Part shown: piece after piece, positions 25,743-39,290 of the stretch
How the letters are laid out: each line of letters begins with the position of its first letter
How positions within the stretch are numbered: the stretch's first letter is position 1
NCBI GenBank assembly: GCA_036785375.1
Contig: JAWMAR010000238.1
Coordinates: 3,348,001 to 3,412,000, forward strand
Length of the DNA stretch: 64,000 nucleotides
Direction of reading: 5' to 3'
Origin: Leucoraja ocellata
Taxonomy: Eukaryota
Made by a program: the position numbers and the translations under genes
Notes under the pieces: model-generated
What the model saw: only the letters and a program-made list of their open reading frames with translations
Told to the model about the DNA's origin: nothing
Database searches by the model: none

Positions 25743-26904
25743 TCTTCTTACTAAAATAGGCAGATTTCCTTCGAAATTTCCAAATTAGACTTCAGCACGG
25801 TCATTATTATCATGTAAATATTCCAATTTTTAGTTTATTTTCCTTAAAATGTTATTTCTCCTATTGTAAGGTTTCTTCATTGCAATGGACTGATCAGCAC
25901 ATAATGCTGATGCCTCAATTAATTAATTCCAGAGAGGGGAATTCCGCACTCCATAGATCACTACATCTTTTTGGCAGCTTTGTTTGAGGTCAGTGGTGAG
26001 CATCATCACCTCGTTTCTCACTACAGAATACAGGCTAATAAAGTATATTACAGAAACTCCTTTGAATAATTAAATTTATGTTTGCATATTTGGCATTAAA
26101 AAATTGATGAAGTTGGACTTAGTTGCTGCACACGAAACAGCTTCCAGCAGCATAAAGAGAACGTTAGAAGCAAAGCAGTAAATTCTACCTGGCAAGTTTA
26201 CGATGGCAAGATAATGAAATAAACAGGTGCACTGAATTTTAGGAATAACAATAAATGTTGTCAGGCTATTATTAAAAACTTATTTAAAACCCATCTCCTT
26301 TTCATTCACCTTCTTTTTCCTCTTGTTTTAAAACAGTCCTAAATCCGTAAATGCAGTACAAGATTAGTTTAATTCATGAATTAGATTGAATTACAATTCC
26401 AGCACTTAATTCAGGATACTTATTTTAATGCTGTGCGCAAACACACCAAAGAGCACATCATTTAAAGAAGTGCAATATCTGTTTAAGTATTTCCTCGATG
26501 GTTGAAAGCATAAGAAAGGAAACCTGTTTTCTTGCTTGCAAACAGAACTGTGGAATATGTTTCTAGAATTGATGACCTGAATTTTGGAGAAAGTGGCCAA
26601 CTAAGGTGAGGGTGAAATGATGCTAATTTTAGTCCACTGACCAACAGAAGAATGACCAATGGTGATGGCATGATCTGTTCCAGGAGATCAGGATTATCTA
26701 AGATGAAATCAGTGCAATCAGAGTGTCATAGATGTCGGTGGAAATCACAAGTGCAGAAGTGATAGTTAACTCTTGCATTAACCGCACTTTTGTCTCAACA
26801 ATACGTCATAGAAGCATGCAGCATGGAAACAGGCAACTGCCAACTCATCCTTTCCGACCAAGGTGCCCCATCTAAGCTAGACCCATTTAGAATATAGTCG
26901 TAGC

Positions 26905-27265
26905 ATATCTTTATTGTCATTTTCCTTACTCACATACCCAGAGGAAACAAAAAAATGTTGCTCAACCAGAGTCCATTCAGTGTGCAGTAAAAAATAAATT
27001 GAAATCAAAATACATATATCATGAACAAATTAAACACTCTACTCTCTACTAAACATCAACAGGCGTTCCGATCGGCAGCGGCACGACAGTGGCTCTGCTG
27101 CAGTGTGGCCAGGTTGGTGATAGGTGCGCGATACTTTGGCAGGGGGCAAAGTTCGTTTATCAGTCCTATAGCCTGCAGAAAGAAGCTGAGGAGCATCCTG
27201 CTGGTTTTGCAGCTAATGCTCCTGTACCTCTTCCCAGATGGCAGGATGGAGAATATGTGATGCGA
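26905..27265 (-). mobile_element. Rex1/Babar-type LINE 3' end
   Basis: Minus strand encodes LPSGKRYRSISCKTSRMLLSFFLQAIGLINE-like C-terminus, followed by a gacaataaa tail. Confidence 0.7.
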
Positions 27266-27354
27266 TGGGAGACAATATATCTCATTGTCGGAAAGTTTTG
27301 CATAAATACTTCATGGTCCGTATTGTAAATGCTTCCCTCAAAGAAGCAATTAGG

Positions 27355-27960
27355 CAAGAAAATGACAGATGCAAGGTCATTTTCTAAATAGTGAGAGAAT
27401 TAAATATGTTGGTGCATAGACGGGCCTGGATGCCCTTGTACACAAACCACTGAAAGTTAATATGCAGGATTATCAAGCAATCAGAAGGCAAATTGTACCT
27501 TTGCATTGATTGTAAGAGGATTAGTGTACAAGATTAGAGTCGTCATGAGACCATATCTGTGATATTGTTGATAGATTTGGTTTCCCTATCTATGAAAGGA
27601 TATATGTTGTATGGAGATTATGCAGTGTAGGTTCAGGTACTTGATTCGTGTCATGAAAAGTCTTGTTACTTTAGCAGAGATTAAGCAAACCTGATCCATC
27701 TTCTCTTGAGATTAAAAGAAAAGAAGCAATCTTATTGAGGCATACAATATTTTTATGGTACTTAACCAATAAGATGCAGAGCTGATGTTTCTCCTGGCCA
27801 GATGTCCGGAGCCACGAGTTAACATCCCAAAATAAGGAGTCAGCCATTCAATACAGAGATAAGATTAAATATCTTCACTCACAAGTTAGTGATTCTTTAT
27901 TCTCTGATTAATAAGGCAATGGAAGATCAGCCACTGAATACGTTCATGGCATAGACTGAT
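27355..27960 (+). mobile_element. Old decayed CR1 3' fragment
   Basis: Degenerate QAIRKANC..., RPYL.YC..IW and IFTHKLV remnants collinear with the CR1 ORF2 end. Confidence 0.55.
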
Positions 27961-29291
27961 TCTAAAGTTGAGTCAATTGTATAATTGTTATTTGCACCCA
28001 CAACAGAACAAGAAATCTCTACTTGCAGCAGCTTAGAAGGTTCATAAATGCAATAAACACAGATATCGCAGATATGGTCTCATGAAGGCTCTAATCTTGT
28101 GCATTACTTCTCTTACAATCAATGCAAAGGTACACATTATAATAAATGAATAATTAATACTAGTGGAAAAAATGAAGTCTTAAATGCAACCAAAGACATT
28201 GCATAAATGTTGAGGTTAGTATTGTGTTGTGTTTAAGAGTCTGATGGCTGTTGAACTGGCTACAGTGCCTGGAGGGCATTACATAACTTCTGCTGCCTCA
28301 AATGCAAGAAGAAATGCAGATATTAAGAGAATCAAGGGAGATGGTGTGATAAAGATATGCCAGGATCGTATTGAAAGGCTGAGGCAGCAGATGGAGCTGA
28401 ATGGTCCACTCCTGTGTCGATTCCTAATGTATGTTCTCATTGATGGCTCCATTCACAACAATTTAAAAAACGGTAAAGAGTTCTGCACTACCTTTGACAG
28501 GAAAAATTAAAGAGGATTTTATTAAATATTTAAAATACAGGATATAAATATAAGAGGTGACCTCCATTACTTTAGAAGTTCCAAGTTTTATTTATATCAG
28601 ATATTTCTGCAATGCTAATTAAATGAATATTAAGCACTGGGAGCAACATTTAGTCTTTTATTTCAAATGGAATTCCCCCTGTTCAATGGACTTAACAAAA
28701 AAGTACTTTTCCATTAATAGCATAAAATTGCTAAATAGGCTATAGTTAAAAAGAGAAATAAACTTCACTAACTTCACTTTAATTAGCTGATAGCTGTATT
28801 AAAGCAAAAATTGTGATGCATCTCATACTGAGTTTGAAAGACAGACTAATAGCTAGATTGATTGAAAAAAAGAAATTAACTGTAATGGAACGTCAACTCC
28901 ATAGGATGTTTTCAACCAGTTTATTTTAGGAAACACTTTTTAACACATTAACTAAGAAATGCCTGAAGATGATTTCCATTAGTTTATTGTGAATAGCATT
29001 AAACAAATACAGCAAGAAACCTTCTGGTCAATATTTCTAGTACATATTTGTCCTTGGCATACCTAACATTGTTAACAAGTTAAAACTTTCCCTGTACTTG
29101 TGCCAATGAACTAAAAACTGAAGCTGAAGTGCTGCACTTCTTGCTTATCCTTAATTGACATTAAAAAGATGGTGTTAAACCATCTTTTTGAACTACTGCA
29201 ATATGTGTGGTCTTCATAATAGCATTTTCATGCAACAGTTGGGCTTGCCAGTGATTTTAAAAGCCAGATAAGAGTCTGGACTTGCATAAAA

Positions 29292-30802
29292 AGTCAAGCC
29301 AAGTCAAGTCAAGAGAGTTTATTGTCATGTGTCCCAGATAGGACAATGAAATTCTTGCATTGCTGCAGCACAACAGAATATAGTACGCATAATACAGAAC
29401 AGTTCAGTGTGCCTATATAGCATAGACCATATATATACACATAAATGACAGATAAAGTGCAATAGGCTGTTGTAGTTCAGAGTTTGTTTGATGGCGAGTT
29501 TAATAGCTTGATGGCTGTGGGGAAGAAGCTGTTCATGAACCTGGATGTACCAGATTTCAGGCTCCTGTACCTTCTACCTGATAGCAGTGGAGAGATGAGT
29601 GTGTGGCCAGGATGGTGTGGGTACTTGATGATGCTGGCAGCCGTTTTGAGACAGCGACTGCGATAGATCCCTTCGATGGTGGAGGTCAGAGCCGATGATG
29701 GAGAGGATGACACAGTGGTCACAACGTTCTGCATTCTTTTCCGCTCCTGGACGCTCAAGCTGCCGAACCAAGCCACGATGCAACCTGTCAGTATGCTCTC
29801 TACTGTTCACCTATAGAAGTTTGAGAGAGTCCTCTTTGACATACCGACTCTCCGTAGTCTTCTCAGGAAGTAGAGGCGCAGATGTGCTTTCTTTATAATT
29901 GCATCAGTGTGCTGGGACCAGGAAATGTCTTCGGAAATATGCACGCCCAGGAATTTTAAGTTCTTAACCCTTTCCACCATTGTCCCGTTGATATATATGG
30001 GATTGTGGGTCCCTATCCTACTCTTTCCAGTCCACAATCAGTTCCTTGGTTTTGCTGGTGTTGAGAGCCAGGTTATTATGCTGGCACCATTTGGCCAATC
30101 GGTCGATCTCACTTCTATACTCGTCACCATCAGTGATTCGCCCCACAACTTTGGTGTCGTCGGCGAACTTGATGATGGAGTTCACACTATATATAGAAAC
30201 TCTTATAGACACTCTTATAGACACTCTTATAGAAACTTACAAAATTCTTAAGGGGTTGGACAGGCTAGATGCAGGAAGATTGTTCCCGATGTTGGGGAAG
30301 TCCAGAACAAGGGGTCACAGTTTAAGGATAAGGGGGAAATCTTTTAGGACCGAGATGAGAAAAACATTTTTCACACAGAGAGTGGCGAATGTGTGGAATT
30401 CTCTGCCACAGAAGGTAGTTGAGGCCAGTTCATTGGCTATATTTAAGAGGGAGTTAGATGTGGCCCTTGTGGCTAAAGGGATCAGGGGGTATGGAGAGAT
30501 GGCAGGTACAGGATACTGAGTTGGATGATCAGCCATGATCATATTGAATGGCGGTGCAGGCTCGAAGGGCCGAATGGCCTACTCCAGCACCTATTTTCTA
30601 TGTTTCTATGTTTTTATATCCGGCTACAGAGTCATGAGTATAGAGTGAGTACAGCAGGGGGCTGAGCACGCAGCCTTGAGGTGCTCTGGTGCTGATTGTT
30701 ATCGAGGATGACACATTTCCACCAATACGGACAGACTGCAGTCTGTGGATGAGGAAGTCAAGGATCCAATTGCAGAGGGATGCGCAGAGACCCAGATGTG
30801 AG
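29292..30802 (-). mobile_element. Rex1/Babar-type LINE (RT C-half), interrupted by a CR1
   Basis: [19 protein letters not shown]-like segment at about 30630-30690, IIKFADDTKVVGRI, LALNTSKTKELIVD, KFLGVHISED, LYFLRRLRR and SGRRYRSL motifs. (GACTT)n tail at about 29292-29312. Confidence 0.88.
30192..30612 (+). mobile_element. Young 5'-truncated CR1 inserted antisense into Rex1
   Basis: LIETYKILKGLDRLDAGRLFPMLG...GYGEMAGTGY*, (ttctatgt)n tail, and tatat on both flanks. Confidence 0.9.
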
Positions 30803-31834
30803 AGCCAACTAAAGTAAAGAGAGCAGATTTCCTTTCCTAAACAAAATATTAGGGAACCAGATGGGTTGTTTTAATAATAATAATTCATTATTATTCAATG
30901 TCATTATTTCACGAATACCATTTTTATTCCAGATTTACTTATTTAGTTAATTGAAATACAATTCGTCAGCTGACCATGTGGAATTTGAACTCCTATCTCC
31001 AGATTTTTAATCTAGGTTGGTAGGTTACTGTTTCAAGAACTACCTTGCCAAAACTGGAGTATCAATATTGGTGGCATGGTGGTGAACATATTGAAAAATG
31101 GAAAATGTGTGATTGAATATAATGGAAGCTTTTTTGAGCTGGTGCAAGAATAGAAATAATTATGAAGGACGGGTTAGGGAGAAGAAGTTGCATGTGTACA
31201 GATCTTTGCAGCTGATGGGATAGATCAACAAAGCAGTAAATTAAATATACAATCTTATGAAGGATATACAGTTATGAAGGATTTGAGAAGAAAACTAAAT
31301 GTGTTTTCAGGGGAGTGGCTTTACAGTTATGTGGTTACACTGAATAAATTAGGGTTAGTCCCACACAGATGGGAAACTAAGAGGAGATTTGATTGAATAC
31401 GGTAAGATTTAGAATAAGTAGGAAAAAGTTGATCTGGGAATTGTAGTTCGTATGAAAGTCTTAGTCAACAAATAGTGAACAGGCAATCCATGTCAGCAAA
31501 TTCAGGAGGTGAGTTGGTAAGTAATTTCTGTGTGTGCATGATGTGCAAGGCAAGTGTGCATAAGCAGCTCCGTTCCCAGTTTCATGGAGATATCATGGAG
31601 ATATGCACATTAACTGCACATAATTTCAGACATTGTACACAAAGCACAAACTTGGGCATGAGAAAGACATAAAGCAGTGGTTCTGAAATGGAACTACTGT
31701 TGGAAGTAATGGATGTCTTGAGAATAAAAGCATGGAAGTGGAGCAGGAACCCTGTTTCTCTGAGGCTTGGTTGTGTATCATGGATGAATACCTAAGGAAA
31801 AAAAACTGGATGGGTCAAGTGCTCTCGCAAATAA

Positions 31835-32100
31835 GTTATAAAGTCATAGAACCATACAACATTTCAACATGCCTTTCGGCTCAACTTGCCCATGCAATCA
31901 AGATGACGTCTACACTACTCCCATCTTTGGTCCATATCCCTCTTTCCTATCCATGTACCTGTCCAAATGCCTTTTAAATGTTGTTATAGTACAAGATTCA
32001 ACTATTTCCTCCGGCAGCTCATTCCATATACCCACCACCATCTGTGTGAAAAAATTGCACATCCTGTTAAATCTTTCCTTTCTCAGCTTAAACCTACATC
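31835..32100 (-). mobile_element. CR1-type 3' fragment
   Basis: ctatccatgtacctgtccaaatg...ctccggcagctc, the reverse complement of the 13780 subfamily tail. Confidence 0.7.
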
Positions 32101-32869
32101 CAATTTCAAAATTTTAAAGGATCTGGTCCATTGAAAGACTAGAAAGGAATCAAGTCATTGTCTTCATTAGAAGACCACAAAAACTAAGAAGGAAATATTA
32201 TTCCCTTTATGGAGTCCTAGAGCAGTTCTGTTTCCTATTGTTAGACTTTGCTTTCTGGTGGAGGTTCAAGGAGTGTCCTCCTTGGTTATTCTCACTTAAG
32301 GGCTGCTGCAGTGATGATATTGCAGACTGAATGACGCCAGGCACATATGTGCTGTGCGTGCAGCAAAGTGACAAATGAGTTTACACATTAATCCACAGAA
32401 CAACAATTTTTTTAGAGGATGAAAAGTCATTGACTAGAGTGCAGAGACTGAGGTGATTATCAAAATCAAGGGGGGTCATGAGCAAGACATATTTTACTCA
32501 GTGTACAACTTTGATTTGGAACTTCCATTTGGCAGGAAATTGGAAACATTTTCAATACTAGATTTGAAAGGAATTCGGTAAAATCTTGAAAGAGAAAAAA
32601 TTGCAGGTCTATGAGAAAGTAACTTAGGAGCCAGAAAGGCTGTAATGTTCTTTAATGGAACCAGCACAGACTTGAAGCCCTGGGTAGCCTCATTCTGTGC
32701 CTAGTGATTCTCTGAATATGAGTTTATTGTAAAATGAAAGAAGATAACAATTGAAATTAACATCTTCTTGAAGAGGCTGAAATATCCCAGAGATTATCTA
32801 ATAAATATGAATGGAGGCACATTCACTGAAATCAAAGGTATGTAAATCTGATTATTTCATTAGGTTATA

Positions 32870-33113
32870 CCATTCAATATGATCATGGCTGATCATCCAA
32901 CTCAGTATCCTGTACCTGCCTTCTCTCCATACCCCCTGATCCCTTTAGCCACAAGGGCCACAACTAACTCCCTCTTAAATATAGCCAATGAACTGGCCTC
33001 AACTACCTTCTGTGGCAGAGAATTCCAGAGATTCACCACTCTCTGTGTGAAAAATGTTTTTCTCATCTCGGTCCTAAAAGATTTCCCCCTTATCCTTAAA
33101 CTGTGACCCCTTG
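32870..33113 (-). mobile_element. CR1-type 3' fragment
   Basis: Near-identical reverse complement of 30310-30550. Confidence 0.88.
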
Positions 33114-35379
33114 TCTCTATAAATAAAATTGCATATATAGAATGTGCACATATGTAGAATCGATAAATGATATAGTAATAAGCTATATATTACTAGGATT
33201 GCAAAGTAGACAGAGAAGATCAAGGGCAGCATTTCTTTCAATTGTATTCATACACAGAAAAACTAATGGATGTATTGGACCTGATTGGACTAATGGTCAG
33301 CTGACTATTACATAGACACCAGCCAGATAAGCTGCAATGATCCGACCTCCCCCCACACTGCCGTCTCACCACTAAGTCCAGAGTTATCCTGTAAAGTGCC
33401 AAGTGAGGGATTGATACATTTTACATTTTGTATCTGGCTCTTTCAGCTTTAAGCCAACTATAGTTGGCACGTCTAGCTCAGCCCTACTTAAATGTGGCTG
33501 GCAATCTTTGTTTAAAACGATAAGGGTAATGTTTTATGACTCTTATAACAGTCCCTGAGCTCGTGCCAACCCCACGTGCAATCGACCAGAGAGCACTGTC
33601 AACATTCCCCATTTTACGCTGCTTAACTCACTCTTGGCAGCAAGAACCCTGCCAGGATTCCACTGTGTCTGACCTTCAATCAATACAACTGGATGAGTTC
33701 TTGATTCACACAATAAGTGAGGAGGGAGTGGGGGGGGGGGGGGGTGGAAGTATCCCACTATTGCAAAGGTCTGCCTAAAGACAGACGATCTGGACCAATA
33801 ATTGAGTTGATAATTTGCTATGTTGTTCAGTCAATTGTAAATTTAAACTGTATTTTATACTTAACTGGTTATTATTCATTAATTAATATTCTGTACTCCA
33901 TATTTGGTGAGACTGAGTTCTTGACCTAGTTGTTTCAGACCCGTCTACCTCTGGTACCTAATACAATGATCATGAATCCAGTATTTAAGTCCAATTTAAT
34001 TTGAAGGCATGGATGAAAGTCAAACCAGAGGGTTGGAAGCTGGCAGTTTATCGGAAAAATCAACCTGAAATAACTACAATCTAAACAGCCCCAGGGAACA
34101 TGTCAACTCTCTATGCAGTTGGCCACGTGTGTTGTCGTCTGGGAGAGGATGTCCATGTGAAATGAGTCTCCAGTGCTGCTTAAAAAGAGTGGTGGTAATG
34201 ACCTTGAAGGCTGCATGAGCAAGTTAGAATGTGCAGCAAAAGCAGTTTGTCCAGTTTTCTGTCCCATGTAAAGTCACCCTCAATTTCAGCAGAGGTAGTA
34301 AAGGAGCAAATCCAAAGCACACAAATAGATGAACAATTAATTTAAACAGTCACTGAACACAGGACTCCACCGCAAGCAATCGACCGTGGAACATCAACAG
34401 CATGTCCAACTTTACATTGCATGGCTTGCTCGTGGCTGCAGGAATCCTGCCAGCATACCACCACGGCTTACGTGACCTTCAATCCAGGCATTCAAATTGT
34501 TGATTAAAATGGCATGGAATAGGAGGGGTATTTAGGAGGGGAGCTCTGTCTCCAGTTGGACAATCCCATGGTCGACTTTGCCAATGCTTTCTTGTTGTCT
34601 ATAAATGTCAAATTGAATATTTAATTTGGCTTAAATTCACACTCACTGTAGAAAAGTTACTCCAGCATTTTTTGTCTACCTTCAATCTAATCCAGCATCT
34701 GCAGTTCTTTCCTACATATCCCCTGTTAATTTTCCAGCTGGCTGATTCTTCATGGCATGCACTTTATCTAATCTCCCCAAGTACTATTAGCCCTGGTCAG
34801 GATCAAAAGCCCTGTGAAATCAGCTTCCCTTGCATAAATGGATGACTGCTCCATCCTCATCACCTCACCCCACACCAGCATCCTCCAATAAAAGTAACAC
34901 ATCAGTCATGTCATGTTCAAGATCTGTGATTTAACTCTTTCCTAATAGCAACCAATACGTAACAAGAGTAAAATATGTATTATTTTCTTCAATCATTGGT
35001 AATTCAAAAATGTGTTTGACTGTTATTTCTCTTACACTAGTGTTTTGCACTTCACTGTGAAAAATGTCCCAAAACAAATCAATAGATGTTATCCAGCTCA
35101 GGAAGGGCCCACTGGCAGTTCAGTGGAGCAGTTGTATGCTGCTACCTTATCCACCTTTAGATCAATGCATGGGCTTCTGCATCAGCATTGCAGATGAAGG
35201 TTGCCCAGAGCATCATTGATCTGAGTCAGGGTCCATAGGCTTTTCTGTGGTGAATGTCTTTGGCTCAAATTAAATATTCAATATATCACCCTTGATCTTT
35301 AGGATTATAGGTTATCATGAGTATTGTGCCAATTCATTCCATTTTATTTGCTCCCAAAACTATTAATGGGACTTGCAAT

Positions 35380-36020
35380 CAGGAAGACAAAAATTATGAT
35401 GTCTTAATTGCAAAAGGGTTCGACAACAAGTGTAGCAATATTGTGCTCCAATTATTTAGAGCTCCAAAGATACTGCATCTAGAATATTATGCACCAGGAC
35501 AGTCTCCCTATCTCAGAAAGGGTACATATGCAAAAGGAGAAGTGCAGCAAATATTCACCATTCTTCGGATGGGAAGATAGACACTAAGTGCTGGAATAAC
35601 TCAGCGAGTCAGGCAGCATCTCTGGAGAGAAGTATCTTGGGATGGGAAGTTTGTCATCTGAGGAGGAATTTGAGCAGGATAAGCCTTTATTCTCAAGGTT
35701 AGAATGAAGGACAATCACATTGAATCATACAAAATCTCAAGGGGCTAAGCTGCAGAGGTGATAATTCCCCTGCGTGGGATTTCCAGAACCAGTGGTCAAC
35801 AAATAAATTAAGAAGCTGATCATTCTTCACCAGACAGCTGAAGAGACTCAGTTGCTGAGTATATTCAACACGGAGTTCAATACATTTTTAATTTAAGAAA
35901 TTAGGGGAATGGAGAGATATATAATTAGTTCTGGAAAGTAGCCTCGAGGTAATAGATCAGCCAGATCTTATTAAATGGCAGAGTCTATGTGAAGGACTGA
36001 ATATCTACTTCTGCTTTTAT
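35380..36020 (+). mobile_element. Old decayed CR1 3' fragment with a short pLTR-derived insert (about 35577-35632)
   Basis: LIAKGF..VLQLFRA..LHLEYY..SPYLRK remnants. tcttcggatgggaag / tcttgggatgggaag direct repeat flanks the insert. Confidence 0.55.
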
Positions 36021-36046
36021 TTCTTTAGCTGTTGTAATGGTTTACC

Positions 36047-36246
36047 NNNNNNNNNNNNNNNNNNNNNNNNNNNNNNNNNNNNNNNNNNNNNNNNNNNNNN
36101 NNNNNNNNNNNNNNNNNNNNNNNNNNNNNNNNNNNNNNNNNNNNNNNNNNNNNNNNNNNNNNNNNNNNNNNNNNNNNNNNNNNNNNNNNNNNNNNNNNNN
36201 NNNNNNNNNNNNNNNNNNNNNNNNNNNNNNNNNNNNNNNNNNNNNN
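36047..36246. other. Assembly gap (200 N)
   Basis: Run of N. The round length suggests an unsized scaffold join. Confidence 0.99.
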
Positions 36247-37399
36247 ATTCTTCAATTTAAAGGCTTTGGCAGTTGGAGGCATCTTGAATGCAAACATTGG
36301 AACTTTAAAATGAAATGTCTAGAAACCTGTTTTTGTTTTGGTGTTACAAAACCCTAAATCGATTTTACCCAGAGTAGATTGAATTTGAAAATATTTGGGG
36401 TAAAAACACAAATTGACAAAATTGGACGAATTCATGCCACAGTTCAATTTCAGTTTGGTTTATTGTCACGCGTACCGAGGTACAGTGAAATGCTTTTGCT
36501 GCATGCTAACCAGTCAGCAGAAAGGCAATACATGGTTACAAACGAGCTATACACAGTGTACAGATACATGATAAGGGAATATATATAACAGTGGCAGACA
36601 CACTACAAGGATCTCAATTTCCAGGCACTGCAAGCTTAGTCCATTACCGACATGCATGAGAGCATAAATGACTGTCATGGAACAGGCGCAAAAGAAGTAG
36701 ACATGCTCCTGATTTACTTGTGATTCGAAGAGACACTCTGTTAACACCACGGCAGCTTCAGAACAGACTGCAGAGTCCTCAAATATTAACCAAGTACAGG
36801 AGAGTGTACTAAAACTAGCTGGGAGTGCACTTAGCTGCTACTCTTGCAAAAAGTTACTCTTTCAATAGGTGATAACAATGGTCGGACATGTGCTGCAGAA
36901 AGGACAGAGAGTTTCAGGACCATGTGATATGAGGAAAATGATGATGTCTATCTGCAAATAACTTATTCCCAGAGAGTCTTCAATGCACCACTTTGTACCT
37001 GGATTTCTTGGATGAACATAATCTTTGTCAATGGTATCTCGCACTATGTCCAACAGATTGCTCTAGGCAGCTGTGCATCTTTATTGTAAAGGAAGTTACA
37101 CAAAGATGTCATCATGGAGGAATTTCTTTTTTTAATTTTAAGGCAGAGAAAGTTCCCCTTCGCTCAGATATTATGAATATATACCAGCCCTACTGCTATA
37201 GGCAGCGTTAAAAAATCCATAACATTAGCGGAATCTCTCCATTACTAGAAAGGTGAAAGTAATCATGAGAAAAATCATCTGATGCTGAATGCTGGGTTTC
37301 CTGGCAGTTCCCATGCTTCTTTATCTTGAGGCAGTGCTCTTGGCCAGGCGTTACTCGCAGAGAACACTGCCCTTTGAGATGGATCCTGGGCTACTAGGA

Positions 37400-37930
37400 T
37401 TAGGTTCCTTTCCATGACATCACACCAGTCAGCATGTCTCCAATGACTCTATAGATGCACCACAGAAAGGATTCACCTTGGTATGGCCCCTGCTCTGTCC
37501 CAGATCACAAGATCAGACAGTTGTGAACCTGGCCATCGCACAATCTGGACTCTTCCCGCATTGACTCTGTCTACACTTCATGCTGCCTTGAGAAAGTAGA
37601 CAGCATAATCATGGACCAATCACACCCTCATCATCATTGTTTCTCCCCTCTGCTGTCAAACAGTAGATACAAAAACCTGAAAGAGTGCACGACAATATTC
37701 AAGAACAGCTTCTTTCCTGCAATCAGACTCTGGCGCAGTCTACTCATGTGCTGAGGATGAATTCCCGATTTCACAATCTACCTCGTTGTGGCCCTTGCAA
37801 TTTTTTTTAAATCTGCACTTTCTCTGTAGCTGTAACACAACATTATGTTTCTTTGTTCTTGCACTACCTTGATGTACTTATGTACTGTGTGATTTGCCTT
37901 GAGAGCACATAAAACAAAGTTTATCAGTAT
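37400..37930 (+). mobile_element. Decayed Rex1/Babar 3' fragment
   Basis: YRCTTE..., HPHHH.FSPLLSNSRYKNLK...FKNSFFPA remnants. Confidence 0.65.
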
Positions 37931-37935
37931 ATATT

Positions 37936-38856
37936 AATAATAATAATAATAATAATATAATAATAAGTTTATTTATATAGCACATTTATAGTCAATTTTC
38001 ATTGACCCCAAAGTGCTTTACATAATTTAAAAATCAGTTCCATACAAAGCATAAAGATGGGTTAACAAAATAATAAAATGCATAAACAGGACATAACATG
38101 TAACATAAACATCCACCACAGCATTCATCACTGTGGTGGAAGGCACAAAAATTTTTGTCCGTCCTCCTCCATTCCCCCCCCCCCCCCCCCCCCCCCCGCC
38201 GTGGACAAGACCAGAGTCCAGAGTCCAGTCCAGGATCGGTCTTTCCTCACCGGAGACCGCGGCTTCAAGATTGTGTAGGCCGCAGGCCGGCGGTTGAGAT
38301 TTAAAGTCCCCGCCGCAGCCAGAAGCACCGTAGACTGCAGGGCCGGCGGTCGAAGCTCCTCTCCAGGGGTGATGGTAAATCCATGCCGGGCCCGCGTAGA
38401 AGTTATCCGCGGGCCGGCAATGGCGGCTTCTTCTTCCCCGGGTCCCTCACGAGGGATCCCGGGCTGTAGACGCCGCAGCAGCTGGAGCTCTGCAGACCGC
38501 GGCTTCAGGCTGCGACTTCAGGCTGCCGGCTGCCCCGGGCCAGTGAAACGGAGCACTCCCCTCCGGCGAGCCCCAGCGAGGGCTCACCCGCTCCACGCCG
38601 AGTCTACGCTGCGCCTGCCGCTGAAGCCCTGGGCACGTCTCCGGGAAAGACCTCGCCGATCCCTTGATGGTAGGCCACGGATATATCTCCATGGAGGAGG
38701 CGACCGAAGCGGTTTCCCCCTTACACCACCCACACCACCCCCCACACAAAACACAAAAACCCCATTAAATACACACTTTAAAACATACTAAAAATAAAAA
38801 ATAAAATTGAAAGGCTGACGCGCTGCTGCCATGGCTGCCGCCAGAACAGCCCCCCT
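37936..38856 (-). mobile_element. GC/CpG-rich SINE-like non-autonomous retroelement, copy 3
   Basis: Minus strand has the core gccttccaccacagtgatgaatgctgtggtggatgtttatg, a gcggggactttaaatc motif, an L2-like tail (gtaagcactttgg...gtgctatataaataaa) and (ATT)n. Confidence 0.7.
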
Positions 38857-38900
38857 TCAACCAATTGGTACAGGTGACGATAATAAGTCAATGAGCCACT

Positions 38901-39290
38901 GTGTAGGAAAGAACTGCAGATGTTGGTTTAAATCGAAGGTAGACACAAAATGCTGGAGTAACTCAGTGGGACGGGCAGCAACTCTGTAGAGAAGGAATGG
39001 GTGACGTTTCGGGTCGAGACCCTTCTTCAGCCTGATGTCAGGGGAGTGGGCGGGACAGAGATAGAATGTAGTCGGAGACGTTAAGACTGGTGGGAGAACT
39101 GGGAAGGGAGAGGGGATAGAGAGAGAGAGGGAAAGCAATGGCTATTTGAAGTTAGAGAAGTCAATGTTCACACCACTGGGGTGTAGGCTACCCAAGCGAA
39201 ATATGAGGTGCTGTTCCTCCAATTTGCGCTGGGCCTCACTCTGACAATGGAGGAGACCCAGGTCAGAAAGGTCAGATTGGAAATGGGAAA
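38901..39290 (-). mobile_element. Penelope-like element 3' fragment (GIY-YIG C-terminus + pLTR)
   Basis: Minus strand encodes LEEQHLIFRLGSLHP..NIDFSNFK, as in ORF 63445-63768. Intact core CTGAAGAAGGGTCTCGACCCGAAACGTC at 39003-39030. Confidence 0.85.

Larger units (their letters stand above)
29140..31030 (-). mobile_element. Old elasmobranch SINE split by the Rex1 insertion (outer pieces about 29140-29291 and 30803-31030)
   Basis: The pieces join as ...gtctggacttgcataaaa|agccaactaaagtaaagagagcagatttcctttcctaa...ggaatttgaactc, with a B-box-like motif on the minus strand. Confidence 0.5.

Noticed and set aside
38294-38791. 165-aa ORF in a CpG-rich block, possible CpG-island gene
   Set aside because: It lies within the SINE-like repeat. 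High GC explains the open frame and no domain is recognisable.
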